From Thermodesulfovibrionales bacterium (GTDB lineage: Bacteria > Nitrospirota > Thermodesulfovibrionia > Thermodesulfovibrionales > UBA9159), in contig JBEKCV010000006.1 in NCBI GenBank assembly GCA_050014695.1, positions 6,708 to 70,707 of the forward strand: 64,000 bases of DNA, read 5' to 3'. Below, one piece after another: positions 62,501 through 64,000 of the stretch. Positions within the stretch are counted from its first letter, which is position 1. Every line of letters starts with the position of its first letter. The notes under the pieces were generated by a model. That model searched no databases. It was not told the origin of the DNA and saw nothing but the letters and a program-made list of their open reading frames with translations. A program made the translations under genes and the position numbers.

Positions 62501-63364
62501 TCAAACCGTCCCGAGAGCCTTATGGAGGCCTGCCACCAGTTCTGCCATCCGTTGATAATCAAGGGTATCAGGGGTATCACCCGGACCGTGGTAATTTGGA
62601 TTTCTATAAAAAGCGGTATCGGTGATCATAAAGGCAGGGAAGCCGAATTTCCAGAAACTGCGGTGGTCTGAGAAGTCCACTCCGGGAATAACAGACACAC
62701 CGTTGAGGGATTCGAGGGGCAGCGAGGATACGGAGGCGAAGGAACGTTTCAGTTTGTTGGTAAATGACCGTGATGCTATGTTTCCGACGAAGGCGATATA
62801 ATTCCCTTTTTCGGGATAAAACCATCTGAAAATGGACAAGGGATAATACTGACAGTCGTTCACGTCACAGTAATAACCGAGCATTTCGAGAGAGATCATA
62901 CCGAAAACCGGTATGCCTTCGTCTTTCAGGCTCCTTGCATAGACATGGCTCCCCATTCTCGATGTCATGAAAACAGGGGGCTCCTCCAGACTGAAGGCAA
63001 CAAAGCGGACTGTCCGCCGGTGCGGACTCAGGGCGGTGAGTCTCGCCAGCTCAAGGAGCCCTGCAATCCCGCTTGCGTTGTCATCTGCACCCGGCGTGCC
63101 GACGACCGTATCATAATGCGCGCCGATAACGAGTATACCGTCCTTTGCGTCGTGAGAACTGCTTATCTCTCCGATCACGTTGTGATATATACCGCTTCCG
63201 TAAGAAAAGGGTTGCCTCTTTACGGAACAGCCGCATGCGCGAAATCTTTCTTCAATGAAGTCGGCAACCATCGTGAGTTTCTTCACGTCGAGATAGCTCC
63301 TCTCGCCGATGTCTTGAGAAAGGTATTGAACCGTGGCTATGAGATTTGATTGAAGACTTTCCAT
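62501..63364 (-). CDS. M28 family peptidase
   Basis: GAHYD, GADDNASG, LEE, SDH, YH. Confidence 0.9.
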   Translation of the reverse strand: MESLQSNLIATVQYLSQDIGERSYLDVKKLTMVADFIEERFRACGCSVKRQPFSYGSGIYHNVIGEISSSHDAKDGILVIGAHYDTVVGTPGADDNASGIAGLLELARLTALSPHRRTVRFVAFSLEEPPVFMTSRMGSHVYARSLKDEGIPVFGMISLEMLGYYCDVNDCQYYPLSIFRWFYPEKGNYIAFVGNIASRSFTNKLKRSFASVSSLPLESLNGVSVIPGVDFSDHRSFWKFGFPAFMITDTAFYRNPNYHGPGDTPDTLDYQRMAELVAGLHKALGTV

Positions 63365-64000
63365 AAATCCCTTTACCGGAAGCGTTGCGTTTCGCCTTCA
63401 CGACTCCGGCGGCGGAGCCATGAACGGGCAACGTATCGCCGAGTTCCTTCACCGCTCAGACGGAGTCCTCAACGTCAGGCCTTACGCTGGTCAATCGGGC
63501 GGGCTCAAGCTTGGGAACCTCTTCCCCGCCCTGCGCCCTTGCTCAGGGTGGCTGATGTCTTCGTCCCGAACATATGCTATGCTTAATTATGCCGGATCAC
63601 AATACGGCATATATTCATTGCTATAAGTATAAGGGATAATGTTCGCAGGCTCAAGAGGCGTATTGACCGCCGAATCTTTCTCTCTCAGGCATTGCCAGGA
63701 ATCCGGCCTTTACCACTCGTGAGCCGGGCAAAATCATGATGGCGGCGGAGCTGGAAAGGTTCTAGAATACCCGGGGAGCGCGCAAGAGCCACCAAGAAAC
63801 TGCGTGCGGTGCGTAACTCTCAAAAAAAGGACTTCTCGGTAATCATTCGGTCTCGTGAATGCATCGAGATCGTTTTGTTTTCATGGTAGAAGGATTTTCT
63901 TTTTTCGCTCTGCGACGGGGATCACATGAGGTCTCATGGATAAGGTGACGGAGTCCGCAAAGAGGAAGACAGGCAGGCATCTCATATCCCTTGCGACCGT

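Noticed and set aside
63936-64000. Possible gene start MDKVTESAKRK at the window edge
   Set aside because: Only about 21 codons visible; cannot be supported
1-64000. rRNA, tRNA, tmRNA, CRISPR array, integrase or transposase
   Set aside because: No such signatures or regularly spaced repeats were seen by eye; a covariance-model scan would be definitive

Overview
Gene-dense bacterial chromosomal region, mostly on the minus strand. Gene content and protein style suggest an anaerobic, flagellated Nitrospirota/Thermodesulfovibrionia-like or deltaproteobacterial-like organism; this is inference only. Order of content: tail of a Vgb-like beta-propeller gene; PIN-PhoH; recJ-secF-secD-yajC; lpxI-lpxA-fabZ-lpxD-skp-bamA; uvrB; a ~20 kb flagellar export/chemotaxis cluster (fliLMNOPQR-flhBAFG-fliA, HEAT-cheR-cheY-cheY-cheA-cheW/cheZ-cheB, cheW-MCP and a collapsed MCP pseudogene); mtgA, argB, fmdE-like, REC-PilZ, an acyl-AMP ligase/ACP/PlsC fusion, a GHKL ATPase, a cysE-cysS fusion, arsR, PHP, TPR, mltD, queF, trpF-trpB2-trpC, murJ, an MBL hydrolase, an RRM protein, DUF89, purE, purD, a globin-PsiE fusion, a half-length purH and an M28 peptidase. 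I found no rRNA, tRNA, CRISPR array, transposase or prophage. Most notable: a CheW-CheZ fusion beside a CheA that lacks P2, an in-frame CysE-CysS fusion that keeps an internal RBS, a globin-PsiE membrane protein inside the pur operon, a heme-c + CZB dual-sensor MCP, a stand-alone MORC-like ATPase, three FliA promoters, many apparently leaderless genes, long imperfect hairpins in most spacers, and an inverted heptamer-repeat insertion inside recJ. All calls come from reading motifs by eye; no database search was run.
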